Both the position numbers and the translations under genes were made by a program. From the sequence record LR535910.1: a stretch of DNA of 64,000 bases; one strand, given 5' to 3'. Shown here in pieces: positions 26,068 to 35,353 of the stretch (position 1 is its first letter; each line of letters starts with the position of its first letter). The notes beneath the pieces are model-generated. The model saw only the letters and a list, made by a program, of their open reading frames with translations, had not been told where the DNA came from and did no database searches.

Positions 26068-27322
26068 TGGGATTACCAACCAGATAAGCAGCACAACGGG
26101 CGCAATAGAGAACAAAGTTAACGATGTTCAAAACCGTGTCCAGTCAACGATTGGTAATGCCGAGCGCGGTATTGAAAGTGCTCAAAATTTGTACAATAAC
26201 GCAACTGCTAAAGCCGGAGAGACGTTCGACAAGATCTCCAACATTGGCAACACGATAAGTGAGAAATTTGGTAACGTGTTCGGGGGTGGCGACCAAGTCA
26301 CGGTAGGCGGTAAAAAGGCAGCAGGTTCAGCGGCTTCCGGAGTATCGCCGCCACAACGTGTGCCTACTTTTGCTTCCAACACGAAAGAAGCGCTGCCGGT
26401 TATCGATCCGCAGAAGCGCGATGTGTCCGAACCCTTTCAGAAGGTAAACCAGGAAGGGAAAACTGCACTGAGCTATCTCTCACCGGGTGGCGCAGGTAGC
26501 CTGTTAAGTAAGGGATGGGATACACTGACTGATCTTCGCGATAGCGCTTTAAGCGCGGTCGGGACAGATTATGCGTCAGTGAAAGCTCGCCTGGAGTCCA
26601 CGATGAACATCGCGGGACAGCTTGCCAAACTGCCAGGTGAGGTACAGCGTGAAATCGGTAACTACGTCGATATGGCCAATAGCGCCAAGTGGCAAGTCAC
26701 CGCACTGATTGATGATGTTACGCACACGTTTGATAGCTTTAAGGACCTGGACGACTTCTTGTCTATCGACGGGATCATTGATAGCTTTACGGGCGGGAGT
26801 GGGAATTTCTCCTCGCTGGATATCAACACCTCGTCTGCGTTGATATACGGTATGTCCACGAAGCTCAATCAATACGGTCTGCCGAATCGTATCGATCCGA
26901 TGATTCAGGCTATCACCGATCCTATTGCACAACAAGCGTTGTACGGCGAACTGATGATACAGGCTGCGGCTGCTGGCAATCTCAATTCTGTTGAGTATTA
27001 CTTGCCTAAACTACAGCCAGGTCAGGGTGCTGAGATTGCAGATACTGTTATTCAGAATCTTCTGATGAATCTTAACGTTGAGCCGGGGGTGGGTTACAGC
27101 ACCTACGGTCAGCGACTGTTAACGTTGTTTAATGCGCTTAATCCAAACTGGGATATCTCTAAAACGAATCCTGGAATGGTTGAGCTTAAGCTTTACACGT
27201 ACGCCAACAGTAATGCGATTCAAGCACTCCTGACCACCGAGAAACGTCCGTACGTTATCGCCGGTGGTAGTGTCCAATATCAGTCTGCCAGTACGCTGGT
27301 GCAGAGCTATTTCGCCTTGTAA
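26048..27322 (+). CDS. Putative virion structural protein
   Basis: 424 aa with an amphipathic N/S/G-rich N-terminus; position matches SPN3US gp223 (recall). Confidence 0.55.
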   Translation: MKLNNLDGITNQISSTTGAIENKVNDVQNRVQSTIGNAERGIESAQNLYNNATAKAGETFDKISNIGNTISEKFGNVFGGGDQVTVGGKKAAGSAASGVSPPQRVPTFASNTKEALPVIDPQKRDVSEPFQKVNQEGKTALSYLSPGGAGSLLSKGWDTLTDLRDSALSAVGTDYASVKARLESTMNIAGQLAKLPGEVQREIGNYVDMANSAKWQVTALIDDVTHTFDSFKDLDDFLSIDGIIDSFTGGSGNFSSLDINTSSALIYGMSTKLNQYGLPNRIDPMIQAITDPIAQQALYGELMIQAAAAGNLNSVEYYLPKLQPGQGAEIADTVIQNLLMNLNVEPGVGYSTYGQRLLTLFNALNPNWDISKTNPGMVELKLYTYANSNAIQALLTTEKRPYVIAGGSVQYQSASTLVQSYFAL

Positions 27323-27331
27323 GGTACCTCT

Positions 27332-28183
27332 ATGTCGAAAGATGAAGGTAAGTTTTTGCGTAGTGCGTTGGAACGTCTACGCGTCGATGGTGCATCGGTG
27401 GATGCTTTGGCGGCTGCTTTTGGGTTTACGTTGCCCGCCTCGGCAGAAACCACATATCCTGTTTTACGTCCCATCCTCCCACCAGAAGAAAAGGAAGCCT
27501 TTGTACGCTATTTACTGCGTATGGGTTACCAGAGTACCTTGGTGGATATCACGCCGTCTACAGACGGTCTGAATCACTTCAACATCTATTCGCAGGGGCG
27601 AACTGAGATAGGTCGGATGGCGAGTAACTTCTATGCTCGCCCTGGTGAGTATTTTGTTACCCCCCACGGACCTTTCCGGACGCTCGAAGGTTATTATCAT
27701 TACCTGCGTATTCTGGATTACTTAATGCGTGAAATTGATAACCGCACTTTGGTGATGGAATTTGATATCATGCGACAGGCAGTGAACACCTGGCCTGATA
27801 TTGAGAAGTTGCGTGCACTAGATGGCACCGACTGTATCCGGCTAGGTCGTAATCTGAAAGCGGAAATCTACGGAGGAACCAGTTATAAGCCCGGTTCATT
27901 TACCCCGGTTACAGAAAGCCGCTTTATCCATGCGCTGGTAAATAAACTCTTTATACTGTCGGTCGACGGGACATCGTTAGGTAATGTATTTGCAGAGATT
28001 CTGCGAGCACGTATCCCGCTTAAGCATTATTACATGATGCAAGGGCGTAAGATATTCCCAGCACACTGGGACTGGCTACCAAATCTGATTGAGATGATAG
28101 CTGAACATATCGATCCTGAGGACAGTACGTTTGATCGAACCGAACTTTTGAAGAAACTAGGAATCGATGATGGGACTATTTGA
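27332..28183 (+). CDS. NADAR-like (T4 gp30.3-like) ADP-ribosyl hydrolase
   Basis: NIYSQG.T..GR..SNF, F.TLEGYYHYL, IRLGR. Confidence 0.7.
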   Translation: MSKDEGKFLRSALERLRVDGASVDALAAAFGFTLPASAETTYPVLRPILPPEEKEAFVRYLLRMGYQSTLVDITPSTDGLNHFNIYSQGRTEIGRMASNFYARPGEYFVTPHGPFRTLEGYYHYLRILDYLMREIDNRTLVMEFDIMRQAVNTWPDIEKLRALDGTDCIRLGRNLKAEIYGGTSYKPGSFTPVTESRFIHALVNKLFILSVDGTSLGNVFAEILRARIPLKHYYMMQGRKIFPAHWDWLPNLIEMIAEHIDPEDSTFDRTELLKKLGIDDGTI

Positions 28184-28829
28184 TATTCTCAAAAACTTAG
28201 ACGAGCAGCAGGAAAAAGAAGTCATTACTGTTGCGCGTGAGTCCATCTCTACGGAGAAGGAACGTGAGTATTGCATGTGGGTTAAACCCACTGAAGAAGG
28301 TTGGCAATGGCTGTTTGGTCAGACAGGTGAAACGTTCCTGGATGTGATTATGCCGGTCGTTAACGGCAAACGTCGTGTGCGGTTGTCCACCGATAAAACC
28401 GCAGTGTTGACGTTAAAACGGCAAGCATCTGACGGACGTATCGAAGAGAACTCGGATATCGGGTTTGCTTCGGGTCTGACCTTCTACGAAGATGGCAATC
28501 TTGCACATCTCGTGCGTCGTATCAAACTCGAGCCAGGCGAGCTGGCAGAGCAAGGTGCGAAGCATTGGGATATTGATCTGTTCTTTAAACTGGCAGGTCA
28601 CCCAGTTATCGAATCGCAGGCAGGTTTCGAAGACCTTGTCAACGAACTGCGCGACTCCACTACATTCGGCGAGTGGGTAAAAGTCGAACTGGAAGTTGAG
28701 CGATTTGAGCTGACGTCTATCAAGGACGTATTGCCGTTTGCAGTAGAAGACGCTATTCCAGGCAACCCGTCGGACGCGGAGTCCCAGTTAGTTATTTCGA
28801 ACTACTGGGATAATGAAACCCGCATCTGA
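28167..28829 (+). CDS. CYTH/triphosphate tunnel metalloenzyme
   Basis: EKEREY (ExE motif), RVRL, LTLK, WDIDLF, VELEVE. Confidence 0.75.
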   Translation: MMGLFDILKNLDEQQEKEVITVARESISTEKEREYCMWVKPTEEGWQWLFGQTGETFLDVIMPVVNGKRRVRLSTDKTAVLTLKRQASDGRIEENSDIGFASGLTFYEDGNLAHLVRRIKLEPGELAEQGAKHWDIDLFFKLAGHPVIESQAGFEDLVNELRDSTTFGEWVKVELEVERFELTSIKDVLPFAVEDAIPGNPSDAESQLVISNYWDNETRI

Positions 28830-28833
28830 GTTG

Positions 28834-28870
28834 TACCCTCTCCTTCGGGGGAGGGTATCTTCATTTTTTA
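28834..28870 (+). terminator. Intrinsic terminator
   Basis: TACCCTCTCC-TTCG-GGGGAGGGTA followed by a T-rich tail. Confidence 0.85.
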
Positions 28871-28887
28871 TCTTAAGGAGTATGTAA

Positions 28888-29250
28888 ATGCAAATCGGTT
28901 TTTTCTTTAATCGTCACGGAATCGTGTTTGTTTGTGGTGTTCCGGATAGTGACGGGAGACGTGTACGCACGTTAGAACTCGACGAAACATCTATGGTCGA
29001 GTGGAAAGAGAAACTTGCTCCCTTCGCAGAAGGTAAGTTTCAACTATTGCAACTCTACACGCAAGCTGCGTCGCCACGCGTTGCTTTCTCCCGACTTGGA
29101 GACGGCGAAGACACCACGCATCTGGTTATCTTCAGTGGGCAGCCTGGTCGTGTATTGTGCGAATTATTGATGGGATTCAACCCGCCTAGCAAGCCCAGGA
29201 TGAATACGTACAATGTGCACGACAGTAGTCAAATTCTTATTCTTCGATAA
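28888..29250 (+). CDS. Hypothetical protein
   Basis: AAGGAG RBS, 120 aa. Confidence 0.7.
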   Translation: MQIGFFFNRHGIVFVCGVPDSDGRRVRTLELDETSMVEWKEKLAPFAEGKFQLLQLYTQAASPRVAFSRLGDGEDTTHLVIFSGQPGRVLCELLMGFNPPSKPRMNTYNVHDSSQILILR

Positions 29251-29274
29251 TTTACGGCCACGGCTGTACGTATG
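29250..29274 (+). promoter_or_regulatory. Putative middle promoter
   Basis: ATTTACG-N14-TATG upstream of the thyA operon. Confidence 0.55.
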
Positions 29275-29298
29275 TAAAAGACCTCAAGGAGAACTATA

Positions 29299-29721
29299 AT
29301 GAACAATATCGCGTTTGAAAAAGGCGTTGGCTTACTTCTGAACAACACCATCATCGCTGGCACTAATAACGCTAACTGGGAAGCGTTAGCACAGCGTCTC
29401 AAAGACAAGCCTGTGAAGATTGTGGTAACGAGCGAGCTGCCGTTAAACGGCACGATGGCAGACTGTGGTCCAATGTTTGCAGCGTTTAATGTCGACTATG
29501 ATTGCGGCTCCGCTTTCTTACAAAACGCCGCGTTACGTAGCCGTCTGTACAGCTGGCGTTTGTTGGGTCCAGTAAGTAAAGCCGCTGGCCAGATGGTTAA
29601 CCAAGGCACACCGATGTCGGGTGTAGAAGACCAGACTATCGCCGTTGTCGTTTCTCGCGCAACCGGCCAGCTTAACTTTGCAATCTGCTACGCGTATCAG
29701 GAGGAGGAAGCCTGTGTTTAG
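29299..29721 (+). CDS. Hypothetical protein
   Basis: AAGGAG RBS, 140 aa. Confidence 0.75.
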   Translation: MNNIAFEKGVGLLLNNTIIAGTNNANWEALAQRLKDKPVKIVVTSELPLNGTMADCGPMFAAFNVDYDCGSAFLQNAALRSRLYSWRLLGPVSKAAGQMVNQGTPMSGVEDQTIAVVVSRATGQLNFAICYAYQEEEACV

Positions 29722-30583
29722 TATCATTCAGCAAGTTCAAGCGGTCGAAGAGTGGTTTCGCAAGACGGATATTTACCAACAGAAAGCGACTGAACGTCAG
29801 TTGGTGAAGTATTACGTCACACTCGGCAGGATCTCAGCAGGTGTCGATGAACTGGATAACTTAAAGGTGGCTGCCGGTATCGGTGAATCGATTTGGACAT
29901 TTGCCGCGCTGCTACACCTCGGTCCACATTCTAACCTCGGCGATATTGTCGTTCCGTTGAGTGATGCGGTGTCTCTTCGTACTACAACTGGCACGAAAGA
30001 AGGACAACTGCAGCAGCTCATGTTAATTGCAGTCGAGACCGTTAGTGTTGTTTTGCGTGAACCAGAACCTGACCCTAAGAGTTATAGCGCGCTGCTTCGT
30101 AAGTTGATGAGACAGTATCAATTGTTGGCGTGTCGTTGCGGGCTGGAGTTTGACCGTGTTGTTTTTAATGGCCATCGTAAGCTCGTTAAGACGCCTGAAA
30201 CGACAAGCACGCTCGGCGAACTGCTCAAAGCATCGTTGCCGTTATCCGACGACGATTTGGCGAAACAAACCTATCAGGCGGTGTACAAAACCAACGAGTC
30301 AGTTCACGACATTATTGTAAATTGCCTTTTGGCCACATCGAATGATTTACAAACCGAACATAACGGTGAAGTCGCCATGCCGCAGCTATTGCTGCGGATG
30401 GAGGACATTATGAACGAAAAGCTGCAAGAGCTTCTCAAGGCGCACTTTGAACCGTGGATAGTAAGAAAACAAATGTTGTTCAATCGTAACCCTCGCGTTG
30501 ATGTTAAGTTCGATGGTAACGCTGTAAACATTTGTGCGAACGACGATTTAAGAGACATTTTGAATTTATTGAAAGGAAAATAA
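29714..30583 (+). CDS. Degenerate MazG-like protein (start moved from 29645)
   Basis: GAGGAGG RBS before GTG; EEWF...IYQQ...Q..KYY...AAGIGES resembles MazG-like helices but lacks the acidic metal ligands. Confidence 0.45.
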   Translation: MFSIIQQVQAVEEWFRKTDIYQQKATERQLVKYYVTLGRISAGVDELDNLKVAAGIGESIWTFAALLHLGPHSNLGDIVVPLSDAVSLRTTTGTKEGQLQQLMLIAVETVSVVLREPEPDPKSYSALLRKLMRQYQLLACRCGLEFDRVVFNGHRKLVKTPETTSTLGELLKASLPLSDDDLAKQTYQAVYKTNESVHDIIVNCLLATSNDLQTEHNGEVAMPQLLLRMEDIMNEKLQELLKAHFEPWIVRKQMLFNRNPRVDVKFDGNAVNICANDDLRDILNLLKGK

Positions 30584-30585
30584 TT

Positions 30586-31623
30586 GTGAAACAGTATCTT
30601 GAAATGATGCAGAATATTCTGGATGAAGGGCATGTTAAGGGCGATCGTACTGGGACAGGGACGCTCTCCGTCTTTGGTCGCCAAATGCGTTTTGATTTGC
30701 GCAAAGGTTTCCCGTTAGTCACGACTAAAAAACTCCACCTGCGTTCTATTATTCACGAACTGCTGTGGTTCCTTAGTGGCGATACCAACACCAAATATCT
30801 GGAAGATAACGGCGTTACCATTTGGCGGGAGTGGCAAGATGAAAATGGGAACCTTGGCCCCCTGTATGGTGCACAATGGAGACGTTGGAAAGATGTGAAA
30901 CTGGTGCCTAAGAAAAATGCAGCTTTAATCGAGAAACTGCAAGATGCAGGATACGTGGATTATGGCGACGCGGACGACGGTTCACAAATGTTCGATGCGC
31001 GTGTACTTCTGAAACTACACGACCAAATCTCTAAGGTGATTGACCAACTGCGTAACGATCCTGACAGTCGCCGTATTATTGTCAGCGCATGGAATGTGGG
31101 TGAGTTGGATCAAATGGCGTTAGCTCCGTGTCATGCGTTCTTTCAGTTCTACACTCGTGAGCTGTCTATCGACGAGCGTCTTGATTGGTTTGAAAAGAAC
31201 CTTCCAGATCAATTTAACGATTCCCGCTTTAGTAATGAAGCTGTAGCAGATGACGCAGTGTTCCACGTTGAGATGGACGCACTTGAAATACCTCGCCGCA
31301 TTCTTTCATGTCAGCTCTATCAACGCAGTGCGGATTTTTTCCTCGGCGTGCCGTTCAACATCGCGTCTTACGCATTACTCGTACACATGGTAGCTCAGCA
31401 AGTTAACATGGTTCCAGGCGATTTCGTTTGGAGTGGTGGTGACGTACATCTGTACTCCAACCATCTGGAGCAGGCCAAGCTGCAGCTGACGCGTGAGCCG
31501 TTACCTTTACCGAAACTGATCATCAAGCGTAAACCGGAATCTATCTTCGATTATAAATTCGAAGATTTTGAGATCGTTGGGTATCAGTCTCATGAAAAAA
31601 TCTCTGCGCCTGTCGCTATCTAA
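30586..31623 (+). CDS. thyA: Thymidylate synthase with two insertions
   Basis: [61 protein letters not shown]. Confidence 0.97.
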   Translation: MKQYLEMMQNILDEGHVKGDRTGTGTLSVFGRQMRFDLRKGFPLVTTKKLHLRSIIHELLWFLSGDTNTKYLEDNGVTIWREWQDENGNLGPLYGAQWRRWKDVKLVPKKNAALIEKLQDAGYVDYGDADDGSQMFDARVLLKLHDQISKVIDQLRNDPDSRRIIVSAWNVGELDQMALAPCHAFFQFYTRELSIDERLDWFEKNLPDQFNDSRFSNEAVADDAVFHVEMDALEIPRRILSCQLYQRSADFFLGVPFNIASYALLVHMVAQQVNMVPGDFVWSGGDVHLYSNHLEQAKLQLTREPLPLPKLIIKRKPESIFDYKFEDFEIVGYQSHEKISAPVAI

Positions 31624-31635
31624 TTAGGAGCGTTT

Positions 31636-32172
31636 ATGGTTGACAACGTCGTTCCATTCAAACCTAAAGTGGTGGTTGCTACGGACGAACCGCCGTTTAT
31701 TCCTGTCAATGGACAGAAGATCATCGAGTTTCCAGACGAACATCGTGGACAATTGCACGTTCCACAACCGGACGGGACGATGAAAGCTATCGGTTTCCCG
31801 ATAGCTGAACAAGAATGGTGGACGCTTCTGGCCATCCAGATGATGTCGCGTGGTCTGGGTGTGTCTACGGAACCTGTCGTTCGCATTAATACCGACCCGT
31901 ATATCCACGAACAAGGCAGTTGGATGGAACGACGTCGGACAATGGAGATGCAGATTAGCAAAGAAACGCTTTTGCAAATCGCAGAATCCACACCTTTCAT
32001 CCTGACCTCATCTTTTAACGGGGATATGGATGAAGACCTCTACATGCATCTTTCGGGTTTGGCAACTGAGCACCGCATTGCAGAAGAAGAGCCTATCTAT
32101 ACCGAAGCGATGATTATCCATCCGACCGGCTTAGAAGGTAATACCTTTAAACTGATTTGGGTGGAGCTATGA
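31636..32172 (+). CDS. Hypothetical protein
   Basis: AGGAG RBS, 178 aa. Confidence 0.75.
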   Translation: MVDNVVPFKPKVVVATDEPPFIPVNGQKIIEFPDEHRGQLHVPQPDGTMKAIGFPIAEQEWWTLLAIQMMSRGLGVSTEPVVRINTDPYIHEQGSWMERRRTMEMQISKETLLQIAESTPFILTSSFNGDMDEDLYMHLSGLATEHRIAEEEPIYTEAMIIHPTGLEGNTFKLIWVEL

Positions 32173-32420
32173 CTGACCGACTCAGTAAAACAATTCGACT
32201 ACCACAACAGCGTAATGTTCGCAAAGGCGATGTTTTCACGGCGGAAGAATGGGTCGCATTAAAGGCTCTGTTCCCGGACGAAACCGATTCGCATGTCGTC
32301 CAAATGGCATTGAAAGAGTTTGCAAAGAACGCTCCTGAAATGCTGCTGCGTAAGAAAGAAGAAGAACTGAATATGCTCCGTAACAGCGTAGACGTTCTCT
32401 TTAAAACAATGGAGAAATAA
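32169..32420 (+). CDS. Small hypothetical protein, possibly ribbon-helix-helix-like
   Basis: GGAG before ATG 32169; strand KTIRL followed by two helices. Confidence 0.55.
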   Translation: MTDRLSKTIRLPQQRNVRKGDVFTAEEWVALKALFPDETDSHVVQMALKEFAKNAPEMLLRKKEEELNMLRNSVDVLFKTMEK

Positions 32421-32421
32421 G

Positions 32422-33189
32422 ATGATGAAACTCTTTGCGTTCTCCGATGAATTCTACACAGTGGAATTCGACGACTACGAATACGGGTTATTAGGGGCCG
32501 TCGACATGGAAGACGCTAAACGGCAGCTTCCCACTAGCGAAATAGAAATCATTGAGATTGGGGAAACTAATCTTAGTGGGATTCTGATGCTGGGGCGGCG
32601 ACCACGACCTGCGGAACCTGAGCAGGAAAGAGAGCAAGCGCAAGCGATTTGTCTGGTTTATGAGCCGATGGACCCTGCAGCGATAGCGAAGGTGGTCGAT
32701 ACACTACGGCCACAGATTGGCGTCGCGATTGAAAATTATCGCTGGGCTCGTTTCTCAGGCGATACGCCGATATTTTCGAATAAGCACTGGTTGCTGTGTA
32801 TCAACAACGACACGATAATGGTACCGTTAACAGGGGAGAAGAATTTTGAAGATAACTTCGTCCCTGGCGAAGAGTCTGTTATCTTCGAGTATACCCATGT
32901 TATCGGAAAGCCGAGCTTCTACCAAGTTCTGATTGATGTCTTGACTCACGTCGGTCGAACCATCGAATACCACTACTGGGCACGCCAGGCGCGTTCTAAA
33001 TGGTTCTCGTTGACGTACGTCGAAGGTTGGGAACGTGTTGTTGAAAAGATTGACGGGCGCTATGAGCAGATTTGGTTCCTGAACCCGGCATTCCGTGAAG
33101 AATTACCCGCATGGGTAAAAGAAGAGGCGAGCAAGCTGACGGTTGGCTTTACTAAGCAGGGCGCGCCGTATATGGTTAACTACAAATAA
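32422..33189 (+). CDS. Hypothetical protein
   Basis: GGAG RBS, 255 aa. Confidence 0.7.
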   Translation: MMKLFAFSDEFYTVEFDDYEYGLLGAVDMEDAKRQLPTSEIEIIEIGETNLSGILMLGRRPRPAEPEQEREQAQAICLVYEPMDPAAIAKVVDTLRPQIGVAIENYRWARFSGDTPIFSNKHWLLCINNDTIMVPLTGEKNFEDNFVPGEESVIFEYTHVIGKPSFYQVLIDVLTHVGRTIEYHYWARQARSKWFSLTYVEGWERVVEKIDGRYEQIWFLNPAFREELPAWVKEEASKLTVGFTKQGAPYMVNYK

Positions 33190-33200
33190 GGTGAAAACAG

Positions 33201-33680
33201 ATGTCTATAACTCGGATCGATTATCGTGCCGTAGTAAAAGAACTGTCCAAAGGTCTTATCGAACTGGACTCCGATGAAGCCCGCAGCTGTGGCTTCCTGC
33301 CACACATTGCACTGAGTGAGTTCCGTACCATCCGTTACGGTGCCGGTCGTCAGAAGGGCGTTACAACACACACCGTTGATATGTCAGCAAAGTTCCACGG
33401 CAGCGTTCTGTATCTGGTCCACAATGAATCGTTACGAAACGAAGTAGTGGAGAAGTTCCATGAAAAGGCCGCCGGGAACAGTTGGTTGACCGTACACTGT
33501 AACTACTTGCCTGAGGGTTGGAAACACGCGACAGGTGCTGGTATATCCGGCTACGAGAAATTCGGCTTGGTTATTGTCGACGAAGCGGGTTTCTTCTTCA
33601 ACAAGTTCAGTTACGATAAAATCTATCGCAGTCTGGTTGACGTAGTAACGCCAGACGTTGTGATTCACCTGATTAATTAA
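33201..33680 (+). CDS. Small P-loop NTPase-like protein
   Basis: GAGRQKGVTT (Walker A lacking Lys) and LVIVDEAG (Walker B). Confidence 0.6.
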   Translation: MSITRIDYRAVVKELSKGLIELDSDEARSCGFLPHIALSEFRTIRYGAGRQKGVTTHTVDMSAKFHGSVLYLVHNESLRNEVVEKFHEKAAGNSWLTVHCNYLPEGWKHATGAGISGYEKFGLVIVDEAGFFFNKFSYDKIYRSLVDVVTPDVVIHLIN

Positions 33681-33692
33681 GTAGAGGAAAGT

Positions 33693-33881
33693 ATGGCTGG
33701 AGAACTCGGTCGTGGGCAAGCCACAACGTTCATGTATCGTGATGGGTTAGGTGCGGATGTAAACATGTCTCCGGATGACGAGATGGTTATCCCTGGACTT
33801 GACCCGGACGCAGGTGTGGAAGGTGGCGTTGACCCGTCGAAAGACGACGACAACTGCACTGGTGGTGCGTGCAAGATTTAA
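33693..33881 (+). CDS. 62-aa acidic peptide ending in an NrdA-type redox tail
   Basis: GAGG RBS; downstream terminator; C-terminus KDDDNCTGGACKI versus E. coli NrdA IQDDGCESGACKI. Confidence 0.8.
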   Translation: MAGELGRGQATTFMYRDGLGADVNMSPDDEMVIPGLDPDAGVEGGVDPSKDDDNCTGGACKI

Positions 33882-33890
33882 AATACGTAT

Positions 33891-33927
33891 TAGGGTGTCC
33901 ATATGGACACCCTACTTATTTTTTTGT
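33891..33927 (+). terminator. Intrinsic terminator
   Basis: Perfect palindrome TAGGGTGTCC-ATAT-GGACACCCTA followed by a T-run. Confidence 0.85.
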
Positions 33928-33943
33928 TTAAGGAGCTATCAAA

Positions 33944-34900
33944 ATGGGCGAACGTTTCATTATCCAGATTCCGTATAACGTTATTGTTGAACCTAATCAG
34001 TACCTGGCACAGATTAATGAGCTTCTGGCTGGATTCTGCCAACGTCAGTTTGTTAAACCGTGGTCCTTTGAGAAACTGTACACCCTGTGCGTGAACAGTG
34101 AAACCGGTCACACTTACGTCGAAGGTAAAGTCTTCACAGGCGACCAGCGTTTGGAAATAAATGATTTCGAAATGCCGTGGACGTTGGAAGGTGTCGAATA
34201 TCGTGGTACGGTTGATCGCCCGCGTTACGTGCCTTTGTACACCATCCCACAATGTATTACTAACGTTATGGGTTGGTCTAAAGCGCGTGGTATTCTGGAT
34301 AACGGCGTCTGGTATAGCCAAGCCACCAAACTCTACGAAGAAGACGGTGAAGCAGCAACCGGCATCAGCAAAACCAAAGAACGTCTTATCATGGACGGCC
34401 TAGGCGATGCAATGGTGGTACTGGTTAACGTCAACGCCTTGGTAGGTATGCCATCCAAGTTGGTTTCTGTCATGCTGTCCCGTGGGCGCGCACGTCTCGA
34501 AAAGAACGTTCCATTTGGCGATGCCCATCGCTTGTTCCACAAAATGCGATTGGCCTTCACGTTGATGCACGACATTGTCTATCAAGGGGCCGATCGTCGT
34601 AACCAGCACCAGGGCACTTATCGTTTTACCGAGAGTGACGACGATCTGATTATCGAATACGAAGAGCAGATGACCGTGGCACTCTATTACATGGAAGCAC
34701 TGGCGCGAGCGTACAACATTACCCTGGAACAGTGCTTCTCACTGGCTTGGGATGAAATCAAAGACCGTAAGGGTTTCCTGAACGCGGACGGTATCTTCGT
34801 TAAAGAAGCAGACATGACCGCTGCTGAAATCGAAGTAAACGGTTCCCTTACTGTAAAAGATGAGGCGCTTACCGATGGCGAAGAAACTGTTCACGGTTGA
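33944..34900 (+). CDS. MazG-like nucleotide pyrophosphohydrolase with N-terminal domain
   Basis: KLYEEDGE, DGLGDAMVVL, LAWDEIKDRKG...GIFVKEAD. Confidence 0.82.
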   Translation: MGERFIIQIPYNVIVEPNQYLAQINELLAGFCQRQFVKPWSFEKLYTLCVNSETGHTYVEGKVFTGDQRLEINDFEMPWTLEGVEYRGTVDRPRYVPLYTIPQCITNVMGWSKARGILDNGVWYSQATKLYEEDGEAATGISKTKERLIMDGLGDAMVVLVNVNALVGMPSKLVSVMLSRGRARLEKNVPFGDAHRLFHKMRLAFTLMHDIVYQGADRRNQHQGTYRFTESDDDLIIEYEEQMTVALYYMEALARAYNITLEQCFSLAWDEIKDRKGFLNADGIFVKEADMTAAEIEVNGSLTVKDEALTDGEETVHG

Positions 34901-35297
34901 TTACGATGAATACGTTGATCGTTTACTGGTCAACAATATCGTCTGGGAAGACCACGGTCTAATGCCATGGCATCTGAAACTCCTAGCGGAGCGTTCAGAA
35001 CAATGCGGTGGTTTGGAGTTCGTACTCACCGACACACCAATTCCGGTACCTCATATTGCGCCGGTAGAAAATCTGTACTTCTTCGATGCTAATGTGAAGT
35101 TATTACAGCAGGTACTCTATACGCATGACTGGCGTGGTGGTTGTCAGTTCCCAGAGAACGTTCTAAAGCTCTCTGAGCGCTTCGGCACCGACATTGCATA
35201 CTGTCAAACGTTCCCAAAAGACTTGGGACGAAACAGCGTGGTACTGTGGTATTACCCTCCGGTAAAAGACATCGTGAAAGTGATTATCGAACGCTAA
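34875..35297 (+). CDS. Hypothetical protein
   Basis: GAGG before ATG 34875; overlaps the MazG-like end. Confidence 0.7.
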   Translation: MAKKLFTVDYDEYVDRLLVNNIVWEDHGLMPWHLKLLAERSEQCGGLEFVLTDTPIPVPHIAPVENLYFFDANVKLLQQVLYTHDWRGGCQFPENVLKLSERFGTDIAYCQTFPKDLGRNSVVLWYYPPVKDIVKVIIER

Positions 35298-35352
35298 AAA
35301 TAAAAGCAAACGAGTACCCCTAACGGGGTACTCGCGTTACTTATTTTTTTTT
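35298..35352. terminator. Bidirectional terminator
   Basis: CGAGTACCCC-TAAC-GGGGTACTCG (35311-35334) with A- and T-runs. Confidence 0.85.
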
Positions 35353-35353
35353 G

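Noticed and set aside
30586-31623. Intron or intein in thyA
   Set aside because: The frame is continuous, the inserts are too short, and there are no Cys/His-Asn splice residues or homing endonuclease.
32422-33692. Upstream ORFs as the rest of a split or frameshifted nrdA
   Set aside because: No RNR motifs (ATP cone, NLCxEI, paired Tyr) in them; the peptide has its own RBS after a stop codon.
33890-34321. ORFs 33903-34094 (+) and 33890-34321 (-)
   Set aside because: They start or end inside the terminator palindrome and overlap the MazG-like gene.
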